Part shown: positions 1 to 14,924 of the stretch, one piece after another
How the letters are laid out: each line of letters opens with the position of its first letter
How positions within the stretch are numbered: the first letter of the stretch is position 1
Source of the DNA: Paraspadella gotoi
Lineage: Eukaryota > Animalia > Chaetognatha
NCBI GenBank assembly: GCA_051294375.1
Contig: CM119268.1
Coordinates: forward strand, 4,020,404-4,084,403
Direction: 5' to 3'
Length of the DNA: 64,000 bases
Program-made: the position numbers and the translations under genes
The notes under the pieces: generated by a model
What the model was told of the DNA's origin: nothing
Seen by the model: only the letters and a program-made list of their open reading frames with translations
The model's database searches: none

Positions 1-1177
1 TCTCTCTCTCTCCAACTCTCATCCTCTCATTCTACCACAGGGTTACAGGACCGAGATAACAATGGATCCTCCGGTTTACTCTCATTGTCGTCGTTGTTGT
101 CGTTGTTGTTGTCCACGTCGTCGTTATTTTGGTCGTCGTGGCGTTCTACTACGTCTTAACATAAATCAAAAGGTTATTCAAATGCCGAGAGGTAGCCTCG
201 AACTCGGTATCTTTCGGCCACTGGACCCAAAACTGGAGATCAGGCGAGTTGAGTCTGGTAGTCGTGGTCGTCGTCGTCGTGGTCGTCGTCGCAGAAACAT
301 TTTTCATTGTGACATCTTTTTAGTGGTCGAGGTCTTTCCTTTCTCCCCCACCTTTTATTTCCCTTCTTTCTTAATCTTCCTCTTCTTCCGCCTCCTCCTC
401 CTCCTCCTCTTCCTCCTTCTTCTTTATTTCCTTTCAGCTTCACCTCTTTTCCTTTTCACTTTATGGAATTTTACGATCTTCCCGGTTAAACACCTGTTTT
501 TCTGAGTTTCTCTCTCTCACCCTCGCTCTCTCTCTCTTCTCTCATCTCTCTCGTATCGTCTCTCTCCGGACGTCTGCGTTCGGTCACTCTGCTTCTCATT
601 CTCTCTCCTCTCTCCTCTCTCTTCTCTCTGCGCCTTTTTCAGACGATCCTTCAAAGTCTATTTCTCCTTTTTTAACTTATATATTTTTACATTCAAAAGC
701 AGTAAATTAGTTGGTACGAACGTATTCTATACATACTATACAGATACTATACTATACTATACTATACTTCTATACTGTATATAGAAGAAGAAGAAGAAAG
801 AAAAATGAAGAGAGAGACAAGAAAAATGGAAGGATAAGAAACAAAAAAATGAACAACGCAAAATGAATACAACTGAAAACTTATAAAAATAAAAATGATC
901 AAAGGAAAAAATTGAGAAAAAAATATAGAAAGAAATGAGGAAATTTATAATTAACTGAAAAATAAAGGTTAATTACTTTTAAAAATTTATTATGGAAAGA
1001 AAAGATATGCAGGCGGATTTACGAAAGAGAATAGGAAAGAAAAAAAGAGAAAAAGAAAAGATAAGAGAAAAAAAAAAGAAGAGAGAAAAAAAAGAAAAGA
1101 AAAAGAGATAAAAGGAAAAAAGTCTCTCGACTGTTCGATGGAGAGGAAAGGAAGGCAGAGATGCGGAGATGGGGAGA

Positions 1178-1245
<68 letters not shown>

Positions 1246-1897
1246 GCGAAGTAGACAAAAAAAAGATTAGAGAAAGAGACAGAAGAGAGTTGGGAGAAAG
1301 AAAGAAAATTAAAATTGCTCAGTCTACAAAATACGACACAGTCAACAGAAATTTTTTTTGTTGTGAAATATTTTAAATTAATTAAACAGAAATAAATAGG
1401 ATGGTTGGCATGAAAAGTAGAACAGCGGTCAAAAGTCAAAACACTGAAGGAAATAGAAGAGAGGTCGTACTTGAAAAAATGGAGGAGGAAAAATGTGGTG
1501 AAAAAATAGAGTAAGGAGACAAACAAAACGGGAAAGTGAAAATGTAGATAAAAAAAAAGATAAAAAGAGAAATAAAAAGAAAAAGAGAGAAAAAGAAGAA
1601 AAACCGGGAAAGAGTGAGAGAGAGAGAGAGAGAGGGAGATAAAGACCGCAATTAAACCAAACAGAGGCAAAGAAAGAAAATGGGTCGATCGACGGAGAAA
1701 AGGAAAAAAGGAGGAAAGAAAAGGAAGGAAAAGAAGAGAGAAAAAAGGGAAAATAAAGGAAATGATTTAGGTTGACAAAAGTGATCATGTAAGAAATGAA
1801 GTAAATTTATTTTAATAAATGAGAAAATGAGATGAGGGTCAGATAGAAAGAGGCGGAATATTAGAAAGAACATTGTGAAAAAGGGAGAGATCGGTAG

Positions 1898-1949
<52 letters not shown>

Positions 1950-4900
1950 CAGCCTCAGATATCCAAGAATAGGAAGAGTTAAAAATAAACCAGATTCAAC
2001 CAAAACAAAACAAAGAAAAACGACTGAATGGAAACCAAAAAAACTAATTAAACATTAAACAAGAATGAAAAAATGAAGACAATATATAAAAATATAAATT
2101 TAATTATTTATTTTCATTTTCTTTTTTAAAATATTCTTTAAGTAAAACTGACTCTGTCTTTTTTACTAGCATCGACGATTCTCAATTTTAACAACAATAA
2201 CAAAAAAAGGTACCAAAACGAAACCAAAATAAACCAAGCACCAAGCACCCCTAGCGTCGCCAATGCGAAGTTGAATTCGTAGCGAATTTTGCATTTGGAT
2301 TTTCTTCTTTGATTTTCCGTCCTTTTTCCTTTTTCCTTCCTTTATTCCTTTTTTCCCTTTTCCCTTTCCTTTTTACTTTCCTCTTTCCTTTTTTCTTTCT
2401 TCCTTCTTTTGTTCCTTTTTCCCTTTTTCCCTTTCCTTTTTACTATCCTCTTTTTTTTAGTTTTAGTTACCTTTTAGTTTCTTTTTGAACTTCTTTATCA
2501 TTTTAATCTTTCGACACTCAGTGTTCTCTCTAATTACAAATTCTCCTGACCAAATCTTTTAGCTCTCGTCATTTTCTCCAACCACTCTGTTGTTCAATTT
2601 TCACAAAATTCCCTTCAGTTCTTTCTCAAATCTCTAAAAATTTTCCACCAAAACCAAAACCAGGATCCCCCCCTGAGCTTAGTCTTTTTCTACTCAACTG
2701 TTTATTGACAACCAACATTTGATATCTAAAAATAGATAAAATAACCAAATAATATAAATCGTTTTATTTTAATATTAAAAAATGTATAAAAAATTAATTT
2801 TTCATAATATTTATTTTTATTTTTATTTTTTATCTAAAATATTAAACATTAAATATTAAATATCTTCATTTTCGACTGACCTAAAATTGACTGACGACGA
2901 ATATCGCGACGCATTAAAAAAAAATAACTGAAATGACTTATCGAGGTCGTTTCAGTTTGAAATTCGTGATTGCTTCTTTATGTTTGATAGATTCGTAACA
3001 TATAAAGATAAAAAAAGATAAAAAAAGATATATAATTTCGAACAACACTGTTGTTCGAATAAAGAAACGTTTTTTTATTAAACCTAAAACTTTTTTTGGT
3101 TAATTTTCTCCTAGTTGATTCCTGCTGTTGCAAAACAGCGAAACAGCAAAACAGCGCGACGTCCGCCCTTCATCGCTTCTCGGAGGCTGTTTCGGTCGCT
3201 GCAGAAGCTGCTGCCGAGGAGAGATGCAATCCTCCGTGTTGTAAATCTTTTTTTTTCTCAAAAATCTAATGATTTTCCTTATTGTTAATTTTTATGTAAA
3301 TAATTTGGCTACATGATTTAAAACTAAATTAATTACCTTTAAAAAGTCATGATTTTTTAAAACAGGGCATCTGTATAAACGCGAAGTAGGAGAGAGAGGA
3401 GGGTAGGACGCGGAGTCAACAGGAAAACCGGAAGTAGTGGATTAAAGATAACCGTTCCTAGAAAGAAGGATAATTTTAGACCAAGGCAATAAGAAGAACG
3501 TAGAAGACGGTGTAACATTTGAGAGAGTTATGCCTACAAATACAGGAGAGTGAGGGAGATCAGTACAGGTATGATAGATATACACATAATATAATACATA
3601 GTATACGACATGAGTAATCAACGAGTATTAAGGTGTAAGATATACATAAGAGATGCAGGAGAAAACAAGAGTTTTTATTTTCTTACAAACACAATTTTTT
3701 TGTTAAAAAACGGACATGGGATTGTAATTTTGATTTGTTACGAGATAGCACCCTTGGTTGTTTTATTATTAAATTGTATTTTGCCGCTGCTAGAAGTATC
3801 ATCTGATTAAGTCATTTATGTAGATCTTCAGGATTGGTCAGTCCTTTTTCACTGTTCTTTACCCAAAGTTATAAAAGAGAACGACTTACTAAAGCTGTGA
3901 CGGATAAATTACCAATTATTCATGACAGTCTAGAAAAATCTAAAATGTTATAGTTTGCAATTTTATGAATAACTTTAAAGTGAACTATTTTTATAAGTTT
4001 CTCTTTTTATGTTTGAGAATAGATTTGCTCAACATGATTCACACCATCAGCCTGTTTTATACTCTACTAAATAAATATTACTAAATTGATCATTCTTCCA
4101 AATTTCTAATAAAGAAATAGGCAAAAGCAGAAAATAACTACCATCGTTCATGGCGTTACGCGTAAAATCCCAATAGACATTTTCAACTCTGTGGTGCAAG
4201 AGGAGAGAGAGGAGAGAGAGAGCAAGAGAGATAATGGTCTGTCACAAAGAACTAAGAAAATAAAGTAAAGTTTTGAAAGCCAAATGGTGAAAAGAAATAC
4301 AAATTGTGAAACCTAGTTGAGTTGCCCTCACTTTCTGATTGATTTTAAAATGACGACAAAGGGAGGATTCAAAAAATGTCTATTACAGTTTAAAATTGCC
4401 AACAGGGGAGAAAGCATTTGATTTGTTGTAAACAAGCGCAAATAAAACAAAACTTGTTACAAAATCTGAACGGTCCTCAAACCATTCAAGTTGGAGGCAA
4501 TGCCCGGACAGTGATATCCAAGTTGATGCTGTTTGATCAAGGATAAATCTTTTGGGGACAATGCTTAATACTACGCAAATTCCATTGAGTCCCGCTGCAC
4601 CTGTATAGACCTGAACAGTAAGGTGAGCAGTCACCGTTATGCTTCTTTTGCAACAGGAGTGAAGACGAATCCTTCTCTACTTCCAAAGTATTCTTTTTGA
4701 GGGACTGCCGGATCGTGGAGAAGAGCGAACCTAAGTTGCCTTCAGTAGGTTTGACCTTTTTTGCATCCCTTAAACTCGTCTCTTCCTCTACTTATTCCCC
4801 CACTCCACCTCTCCCCATCCTCTGTTCTTTGTTAAAAATTTATTCTCTCTAGCCTCTTCACTCTAAATAAAGACAGCTTCTCAGTAATAATGTCAATTTA

Positions 4901-7777
4901 AACTTAATTCCCATTTATTTTCAATTATTATTTCAATTTTGGAATTATTATTATTACCCATTAGTAGAATTACCTATTATTATTATTATTCTCAATTATT
5001 TTTTACTTATTACATTTTAAAGAACAAAAATTAGAACATGATGGAGATTAAGTTCGTCTTTTGAATCAAGGAAAAAACTAAATTTTATAAAAATCATTGA
5101 GCGAATTAATATGTATTTTCAGTAATTTGCTCTTTATCTAGCACAAAGGTTAGGAAAAAAAAAATTGTGGCATTTTTCCATAAATTGCCTATACAAGTAA
5201 TTTTTTTTTACTCTGGTAAAAAATATTACCTTTAATTTTGAATTGATTGAAGATATGACTAAACATGCCCAAAACTGCATTGCCATTGCTTGAAAAACAA
5301 AGATAAAAAATATTTGTTAGATTATCAGAATAATAAAATATAATAATCTAACTTTTTTGTTACAATTTAAATTAATTCATTAAAATGGAACAAAGCACTT
5401 ATACCCGGCTGAAAAACTTACTCCGGTTAAGGCCCACGCCCCATAATAACAAGCATATTTTTTAAATTTTAATAAAACAAAAAATAGGAAGAAAGAAGCT
5501 ACTGGTAATTTTTTAACTAATATTCGGTAAAAAATCATTATGTTATACGCATATTAAACTCTTTCTCTAAAAATTATTATCATTTTTGCGGCTATATTTT
5601 TTTGCATCAATACTTGTTTACCTTTGGACGCCTCGATTGGGTTTATTAGCAACAACATTTTTGCTTAAATCAGGCTTTTAAAATTAATTAGATAAGAAAT
5701 AATCGGGAAACCGGACGAGTGAGAACTTAGTATGGGATTTTTGAGGCTGGGGGAACTCTAATATATATACTCGTACTGTATCTTCCCTACTCTCGTATTG
5801 TAGGCATAAGCCTCGTTCACACTGTTAACGCTTTTAAGTTCTTTTTATTTGCCTTGGTCTAAAATTATACCTTTTTCTAGAAAAGGCTTTTAATACTACT
5901 CTCCGGTTATTTTTCCTTTACTCCGGTTATTTTTACCTTACTTCCGTTTATACGATGCCTGTTTTCAAAATATACTTTTTTAATAATTAATTTAGTTTTA
6001 AATTTCATTGGAGCAACTTATTTAATAAAAAATTAACATAAGGAAAAATCATTAGATTTTTTGGAGAAAAAAAACACATTCACAAACACGAGGATTGCGG
6101 TTTAATTGACTTCTGACGCTTCATTCGCTTGATACGCGGTCACATTATTTTTCCCGGATTTGAGTTACACAACTTATTAATATTGATAAATTAACGGGCA
6201 AACCGAACCGAGTGACGAACTTGGAGACAATTTTTTGATACTGGGGAGGTCTAAGCTGCAACATTTACAACATAACAATAAAAACACATAACCTCATAGC
6301 AGTGAAAATGGCAAAGATTTAAAAGGTTTGAACGACGGATGATGTTGACATAAGTTGAAGGGTGTTATATGACACTGTCTATGACTATGACCTGACAGCA
6401 CCCGTTGGTGCTCCAGGTTGACTCGACAAATAATAGTCAGAAACAGTTTAAAATTATGTTTCTCACCCTATTAAAGATAGCATAAAAAATTAGTTATTCT
6501 TGACAACTCCAGCTCACTTCAACCTTTCTCTTCATTCTTACCTCTTCTCACCCCGCCCTGCCCTTACCCTCACACAAACCCAGAGACTTTATGAGGTGAC
6601 GTTTTCGCCGAAGACGGACGACGTCACTGGATACCTGGTTGAAACGGCTTTGAAAAGGAAACCTCCCTCCTCTCTCTATCTATCCTCTCTCTCTCCCTTC
6701 TCTCTCTCTCTCTCTCCTTTCTCTCTCTCTCTCTCTCTTTTCTCTCCCCTTGCAACAAACAAGAATTTTCCCTCTACTTTTCCTCTTCCACCCCCCTTCT
6801 CTCTCTCTACATTATAAAGTCAAGGCTTGATCTCCTCCTTGTCTCTCTCTCCCTCTTCTCTCCTCCTCTCTCTCTCTCTCTCTCTCCTCCTCTCCTCTCT
6901 CTCCTCATCTCTCTCCTCTGTATTTCTCTTCGGTTCCGAAGGGCGAAGCTTCCTTGAATAATGAGCGGCAATTTAAGGTCGTCCTCAATCTGCAATCCAA
7001 AAAAACGGGAAGCCGACCGGAAACGCCCCGGGACCCAAAAAACAGAGACAGAGAGAGAGAGAGAGAGAGCAGAGAGAGAGAGAGAGAGAGAGGAGAGCCA
7101 GAGCACCAGAAAGAGAGAGAGAGAGAGAGGCCAGAGAGAGAGACCGAGAGAGACCGAGGACCGGAGTTGCGCCACCAACCCGCCGCGGGGGCGTCCGATG
7201 TCTCTGGGTGCTGACACTGTAGAATGTCCCATTTATCGACGAACCGATGACCTTAAGTGTTCCCCGAGAAGCTCGCAGCACGCCGGCCAGTAGCGGCAGT
7301 AGCGCGCCGNNNNNNNNNNNNNNNNNNNNNNNNNATTTTCTGACTATTTATTTTCGAGTCAAACGTAGCACCACAGGTCTGTCAGTCATAGTAAACTCTG
7401 TGTCCTTTTTGTGAGGACACCCTTCAACTCTTCCGTCGTTCAAACCTTTTAAATCTTTCCATTTCACTCCTATGAGTTTATGTTTTTTTGTTTTGTTTAT
7501 GTTTAAATGTTCACGCTATCGTTTTGGAAATCTATTTAACTTTTTACTGCCTGACTCGTTCGGTTACGAAATCAATGATGCAATATTGTTTTACAATACT
7601 CCAAACTGAAATTTAAAAATAAAATAATAATAAAATAAAAAATCGTCACTGATTAGGATTCATGAAATAATTTGTGAAAATTCCTCTTTTTATTTTTGAA
7701 AAAACTGATCAGAGAAAATATGAGAGTCGCCGCGAAGTCAAAAAGCTAGAAATTAGTTATCGATTAACTGTCTTCTT

Positions 7778-7862
7778 CTTTTCTTTTCTTTTCTTTTCTT
7801 TTCTTTTCTTTTCTTTTCTTTTCTTTTCTTTTCTTTTCTTTTCTTTTCTTTTCTTTTCTTTT
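7778..7862. repeat. (TTTTC)n microsatellite
   Basis: Run of the TTTTC pentamer seen directly. Confidence 0.95.
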
Positions 7863-9710
7863 CTCCTTCGTCTTTATTGTCTTCTTGTCTCAGCGAAGAA
7901 AATCAGAATCCGAAAATCTTTCGAGTCTCATCAGNNNNNNNNNNNNNNNNNNNNNNNNNNNNNNNNNNNNNNNNNNNNNNNNNNNNNNNNNNNNNNNNNN
8001 NNNNNNNNNNNNNNNNNNNNNNNNNNNNNNNNNNNNNNNNNNNNNNNNNNNNNNNNNNNNNNNNNNNNNNNNNNNNNNNNNNNNNNNNNNNNNNNNNNNN
8101 NNNNNNNNNNNNNNNNNNNNNNNNNNNNNNNNNNNNNNNNNNNNNNNNNNNNNNNNNNNNNNNNNNNNNNNNNNNNNNNNNNNNNNNNNNNNNNNNNNNN
8201 NNNNNNNNNNNNNNNNNNNNNNNNNNNNNNNNNNNNNNNNNNNNNNNNNNNNNNNNNNNNNNNNNNNNNNNNNNNNNNNNNTTCTTCTTTCTTCTACTTC
8301 CGATTTCGTCGACAGCCTCGGTGTTGGCGACGTTGCCGGTATTGACGAACCGGCGGACTCGAATTCCTGCTGATTCGACAAGAAACGAGAGAGAGAGAGA
8401 GGGAGAGAGAGAGAGGGAGAGAGAGAGAGAGAGAGAGAATTTTTCCTTTCACTTTGAAAAACCACCTTTTGACTTTTTGATAGAAAAGGGAATAAATCGG
8501 TCGGAGAGTGCATGTGTCAGAAAANNNNNNNNNNNNNNNNNNNNNNNNNNNNNNNNNNNNNNNNNNNNNNNNNNNNNNNNNNNNNNNNNNNNNNNNNNNN
8601 NNNNNNNNNNNNNNNNNNNNNNNNNNNNNNNNNNNNNNNNNNNNNNNNNNNNNNNNNNNNNNNNNNNNNNNNNNNNNNNNNNNNNNNNNNNNNNNNNNNN
8701 NNNNNNNNNNNNNNNNAGAGAGAGATTGCCGAGTCCTGTTTTCACGGCGACTGAATATACGTCGTCTGCTTCAGTGATTTTCGGAGTTTTGACGTCGTAC
8801 AGTTTCAGCTTGAACGATGATAAAGTTTGTCATTGTTGAACGATGATAAAGTTTGTCATTGTTGAATGATGAAAAACGACGACGATGAAGATGATCATTT
8901 GCTGAATAATGATAAGATTCGACGAATATCATAACGCTTCTTGCGATTGATGATAGGGAATAGGAAAATCTGCTATCGTTTTGTATATATATATTTTTTA
9001 ATAATTATATAAGTTTGCAACTTACCTTAAGATTCCAAATCGAATGCGATAAAAAAGGAAATAAAATTCATAAATAAATTGAAATCAATCAATACGTACA
9101 TTAAAATATACAAAGTATACAAATTAACCTCCAAAATGTCAGGAAAAAAAAATCTCATCAAAAATATTTTGGGGAGAAAAAGGTTTTATTCTGTGCCAAA
9201 CAACACACTTTTTGTACTAATAAGCTATCATTCACATTGGTATTTGCGAGAACATTGATAGGGAATCAGGCTACTCTGGGAGTGAATAAACAAGACTGTG
9301 AGAGAGTCTTGATTGGATAATTTTTATATTGGGTGCACAAATTTTAAAGAACATTGTATATAACATTTCTAGTTCTTTTAATTTCATTTAATTTCTTTCA
9401 TCGCGATTGGTAAAACCTAAGATCTTTTAATGGTAAAGATCTTTAAAAAGCATTCCATCCCCTTAAGAGTCCACTCCTCCTGGGGGAATTCGGAAAACTC
9501 TCGCACCCAAAAAACCCTTTAATCAAAAAAGAGAAAAGACGAGGAAATTGCAACTTTGACGCACAATCGCTTCTTCAGTGTACAATCTTTCTGTTCCAGA
9601 ATTTTTTTTAGGGAAACAAAAGAGTTGAACGGGATTTTGTGTGTGTGTCTCCTCTCTCTCTCCTCTCCCTCCTCTCTTCTCCTCTCTCTGTCTCTGTCTC
9701 TCTACTCTCT

Positions 9711-9792
<82 letters not shown>

Positions 9793-12700
9793 CTTCTCTC
9801 TCTCTCCCCCGAAGAGTCACTCACGCATAAATACAATGAGCGGCCCTTTTCCCCACTTCTTCTCAGCAATACCGAGAATAAATTCGCGCGTCTCTGCCGT
9901 CGCTAAGGTAACAGGCGACCTGCTTGGCACGGGGACGACTATAACGACGACCGATACGACGACGACAACGATTGATCCTTGGGACAAATGTTTCATTCGT
10001 TGTCGACTCCTACTTAGACGACGGCAACTTCGACGACGACGCACGGACCATCGGATGACATCCACACGTGATTCACGATGATTCACGTTTCACAAATTCA
10101 CAGAAAGCTAATCTGACTGAGCTGAGAGCTCATCGTTTAAGCGACGAAGACGAAACGACGACGATCATTACGACGACGACGAATGAGCGATTAAAACATA
10201 TAAGTCTCTATCCTAATCTCTCACCTAAAATCCTAATCATGTTGTCGAATTTGAGAGTGAAATGGAGCCTCGAAGAAAATAAGCCAACATGGCTAAGAAT
10301 GATCCAAAAATTAAATAGAATCGTTTGAATTAGTACACTTCTATTTTAGCACATATTTTATACAAATTAATCATCACAAGTATCGGTTAAAACATACCGA
10401 ACAATATTAAGATCTCTTTTCTGATCCGGCGAATTAATTCCGTTCGAATGACTTGCGAATGACCTATTATCTTTCTTTATCACATAAGGATTTCCCTCTT
10501 TTGTTCGTATCAACCGTTGGATATTTTAAATCGTTTATCACAAAAGCAATTCACAACATCTCTCTCTCTCTCTTTCTCTCTCTCGTCTTTACTCTCATCT
10601 CTGTCTCCTCTCTCTCTCTTCTCTCTCTATTACTCTAGCATCTCTCTTCTCGTTTATCTTCTCATCTCATTGGAATCAACTACATGATGTTTATTTTTGT
10701 GAATGTGAGATAATTTATTATGAGATGGCCTGACACACTATGTTTCGTTACTTTTAGAAAAGTTACAAGCGCTATGTTCATATTTCTATACGAACGAATA
10801 GTCTTTTTATTTTATTAATCTTCATTTATTGATCTTGAAAATATTTTTACTTCTTATTAAATAAAATAACAAATTTCTCTTCGATCCGTAAAACTATTTC
10901 TTTTTAATTTTCTTTTTTTTATTACGCAAGACTACCAAAGTATCATTAGAATGACTTTGTACTCCTTACCATTTAACTGGACTTCCCTACCCTTTTTTTC
11001 ACCCCGTTTTTAACTTTAATCTACAATCTCGATGGAATACGACATTATGGAATGTCGAGCTCCAGCGCTCACGCCCGCGGCGCCGCCTCGACCGCCCGCG
11101 ACGTTCCGACCCGCCGCCTCGACGCCCGCGCTAATTACGCTCGTCTACGACCTCGCAAGTCGCGTCTCCTTACCAGGCGCGGAACGCGCCTCGTTGCCCA
11201 TAAGCAACCAAGGGGCGGCACGAGATATATCGCAGCGCAGTTCAAGAGAGAGGAGAGAAGAGTGAGAGTATAAGGAGATGAGAGTGAGAGGAGTAGATAG
11301 AGATGCAATGGAAGAGAGAGTGAGCGAGTAGAGGTGATGTATATGAGACGGGAATGAATGTCTGAGCCAAAATCGGAATGTTTTTTATATTCATCTCAGA
11401 GGAGAAAAGGGCAAAAAAAAAAAAGAAGAATGAATAAGAAAGAAAGAAAAAAAAAAGAAGAATTGAACGCTAAATAGAAACGTTGTGCGACGACTTCCCC
11501 CCTATTTCTCTCTCGCCCCCCCTTTCTCTTTTTCTTGTCTTCTTTTCTCTTTCTTTTTATTATTTACGTCTTTCCTGATGTTTCTCTTTCCCATTTTATT
11601 TTCGTGGTCTATCTTTCTCTTATCTCTTCTTCCTTTTCTTCTTTCTTCTTCTTTTCCTCTTCATTTTCTTTCGCATCTTTCTTCTCTTCTATTTGACTGA
11701 CACCTCTTCCCGTCTTTCTTATCTTCCTCCAATCGCTCTTTTCCCAACTGCTCTTTCCGCTTCTTACCCCCCGCCCCACAGAGACGCTTCTCCTGTAAGC
11801 GACGACGCTGCCGTAGCCTCACCTCCTGACTTGCCCTGGCAACCGGATCTTTTCGATTTCTGACGCGGACGCCCGCTGCTCGAACTTACCTGCCAGGCGT
11901 TTGCAGATCCGACATTGCGCCAGGAAGGAGGGTAAAGTTTTATCTCTGTGCCTGGAAGAAGACTTATGTCGGTAGTGCTTCCACATATCCGAATTCACAA
12001 GAGTCAACTCCACGATGGCTCCTGATACTTTAATTATCGATATAGTATATTCCTGAACTATTTGCTTTATCATCCACACGTGCATAATAATACAACAAAC
12101 AACAAACATTTCTTTCTTCTTCCTTTGCTGGTTCTTCTCTCCCCTGCATCTCTTCTTTTNNNNNNNNNNNNNNNNNNNNNNNNNAAAAAAATTCTAGTGA
12201 AAGAAAGATTCGTACAAATCGTCGAGAGAAAAACCAAGAGCTTCGTATGCAAGATTGGGCCAAGTTTTGGCGTCGCTTGGCCCAATCGCAGCCACTTGGC
12301 CCAATCGTAGACACTTTACCCAATCGCCGAAACTTGGCCCAATAAAATTTTAGTTTCTCTCACACCAATTTATTTCCATTTATTTCTAATCAAATTCGTT
12401 GCTAAATTCTTTTCACACTCAGATCCCAAAGCATTTAAAATTTGCGCCAAGAGTAAACATTATTCAAAATGTTTGTCTTTTTTTCTATCTTTTTTATCCA
12501 TTTATCCCATTTATACACATTTGATAGCCTAAACTTTAGGCTAAAGAATATCAATTTTACTAACTAATTACGGTTAGTTTCCATATTCGAGTAATTCCGA
12601 AGTGACCGATATATTAGGCCTCTCGAGGGGAGGGGGGTCGTCGTGGCCCTCTAACAGTGTGAACATCCTCACACTTATGGAAATTGAAATTAAAAATCTT

Positions 12701-14340
12701 CTTCACGAAAGTGTGACGAGTAATTTGAGGCGCAAGTGAAGTTGGGTGAAATTGGAAAAGGGATATCATGTGGCGGACGAAAGTGGAAGGTAGGGGTGGA
12801 AGGTGGAAGGTGGAAGGTGGTGGTGGAAGGTGGGGGTGGAGCGGTGGGAACAAAACATTGTTCAATGATCAATGGTCATTCAAAGAAAACTAAGTAGGTT
12901 TTAGCGACTTGAAAGTGGAAAGAAAGAAGAGTGAAAATGTTTCACATTTTAAAGTGACGAGATGCGAGGCTGTGATTGGGCCACGCCTCTCTCGTCTTCA
13001 CTGCTTCACTTCACCGCCCTTTCAAACACGGACCGTCTCTCTGCCACTCACGAATACTAACAAAAGACAATCGTTGGACTTCGGAGCCTTAATGTCTTCC
13101 TCAATTTCATTCTTTCGCTGCTCCCGNNNNNNNNNNNNNNNNNNNNNNNNNNNNNNNNNNNNNNNNNNNNNNNNNNNNNNNNNNNNNNNNNNNNNNNNNN
13201 NNNNNNNNNNNNNNNNNNNNNNNNNNNNNNNNNNNNNNNNNNNNNNNNNNNNNNNNNNNNNNNNNNNNNNNNNNNNNNNNNNNNNCTCTCTCTCTCTCTC
13301 TCTCTCTCGCTTAGAAGTCTCTTAGAAGGCGAATAAAAACCGCTAGGGAAAAAGGAAACTCGAAAGCGGCAAAGTATTTCTAAGTCGTAATTAAAAACGG
13401 ATGGGCAAACTAATTATTGATAAAAAAGTGAAAAAAAATATCAGCAAAACATTCAAAATGAAAACTAATTTAAAAGTCAGGGAGATAAGAAAGTTTGGTT
13501 TAAAAATTCTGGAATATTATCCTATTATTTTTTTAAAAAGAATTTCGTCACATCGTTCTCTTCGTTTTTTTTTATAATGTTTTTTCTTTTTCTTTCCTTG
13601 TTTTTTTGTTTTCTCNNNNNNNNNNNNNNNNNNNNNNNNNNNNNNNNNNNNNNNNNNNNNNNNNNNNNNNNNNNNNNNNNNNNNNNNNNNNNNNNNNNNN
13701 NNNNNNNNNNNNNNNNNNNNNNNNNNNNNNNNNNNNNNNNNNNNNNNNNNNNNNNNNNNNNNNNNNNNNNNNNNNNNNNNNNNNNNNNNNNNNNNNNNNN
13801 NNNNNNNNNNNNNNNNNNNNNNNNNNNNNNNNNNNNNNNNNNNNNNNNNNNNNNNNNNNNNNNNNNNNNNNNNNNNNNNNNNNNNNNNNNNNNNNNNNNN
13901 NNNNNNNNNNNNNNNNNNNNNNNNNNNNNNNNNNNNNNNNNNNNNNNNNNNNNNNNNNNNNNNNNNNNNNNNNNNNNNNNNNNNNNNNNNNNNNNNNNNN
14001 NNNNNNNNNNNNNNNNNNNNNNNNNNNNNNNNNNCTTCGCTTCGTCGATTTGTTATTTGTTTTTCTTTCTCTTGAGTGGAGGAAAAAGACCTCTTTTCTT
14101 TTCTTTTCTTTTCTTTTCTTTTCTTTTCTTTTTTTTTCTTTTTTTTTGTTTCTTTTCTTTTCTTTTTTGTTTTCTTTTTTTCCGTTTCGTTATTTTTTGT
14201 TTTGTTTTCTTTTGTTTTTTTATCTTTTAATTTATTTTTAATTTATTTTTTTCTTTTATTTTCTTTTTTATTTTTCTATTCTTTTCATTTTTTCTTTTGT
14301 TTTCCTTTCTTTTAATTTACTTTCTGTATTCTATATTTTC

Positions 14341-14402
14341 TGTATGTATGTATGTATGTATGTATGTATGTATGTATGTATGTATGTATGTATGTATGTA
14401 TG

Positions 14403-14449
<47 letters not shown>

Positions 14450-14482
14450 TAATCTATCTATCTGTATGTCTGTCTGTCTGTC
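14341..14482. repeat. Compound tetranucleotide microsatellite (TATG)n-(TATC)n-(TGTC)n
   Basis: Seen directly. Confidence 0.95.
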
Positions 14483-14706
14483 TTTCTCTAAAGCAATCTA
14501 CATATCAATGCATCACTATCTAATATCTAATATCGAGTACCTATCTATTTAGTATCTATCTGTCTATCTATATATTATATTAATTAATCTACGTATCTTT
14601 CTATTCGTTTCAATCGTCCTCCAGCGATCGAAACGTTTGTAAATTTAGAAACTAAGTGATGATTCGTTGTTCTGGAACAAAGTTATGAGCTCTGGGAGTG
14701 GGACTG

Positions 14707-14849
<143 letters not shown>

Positions 14850-14924
14850 CAGACGGAGAGATAATTGAAATGACGAGGTTATCGTTCCCCAGAAAAACAT
14901 TTTTTTTCTCGCGTGAAGAGAGAA

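Noticed and set aside
150-310. Minus-strand 51-aa frame (DLQFWVQWPKDTEFE) and the plus-strand ORF 62-505
   Set aside because: Both are partly built from (GAC)n repeats, with no recognisable family or clear splice context
979-1873. Long F/S/L-rich and ER-rich ORFs here and throughout the ORF track, including those spanning N runs
   Set aside because: They come from (AG)n or polypurine tracts or from N gaps, which lack stop codons
3226-6098. ~350-bp inverted repeats (3226-3560 versus 5770-6098) resembling long TIRs of a DNA transposon
   Set aside because: The left arm is indel-noisy and begins after a junk-like GC patch. No TSD or recognisable transposase lies between the arms.
6270-7510. Inverted repeat 6270-6445 versus 7336-7510
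   Set aside because: It is adjacent to a 25-N gap and shows the same indel-noise signature as the other duplicates
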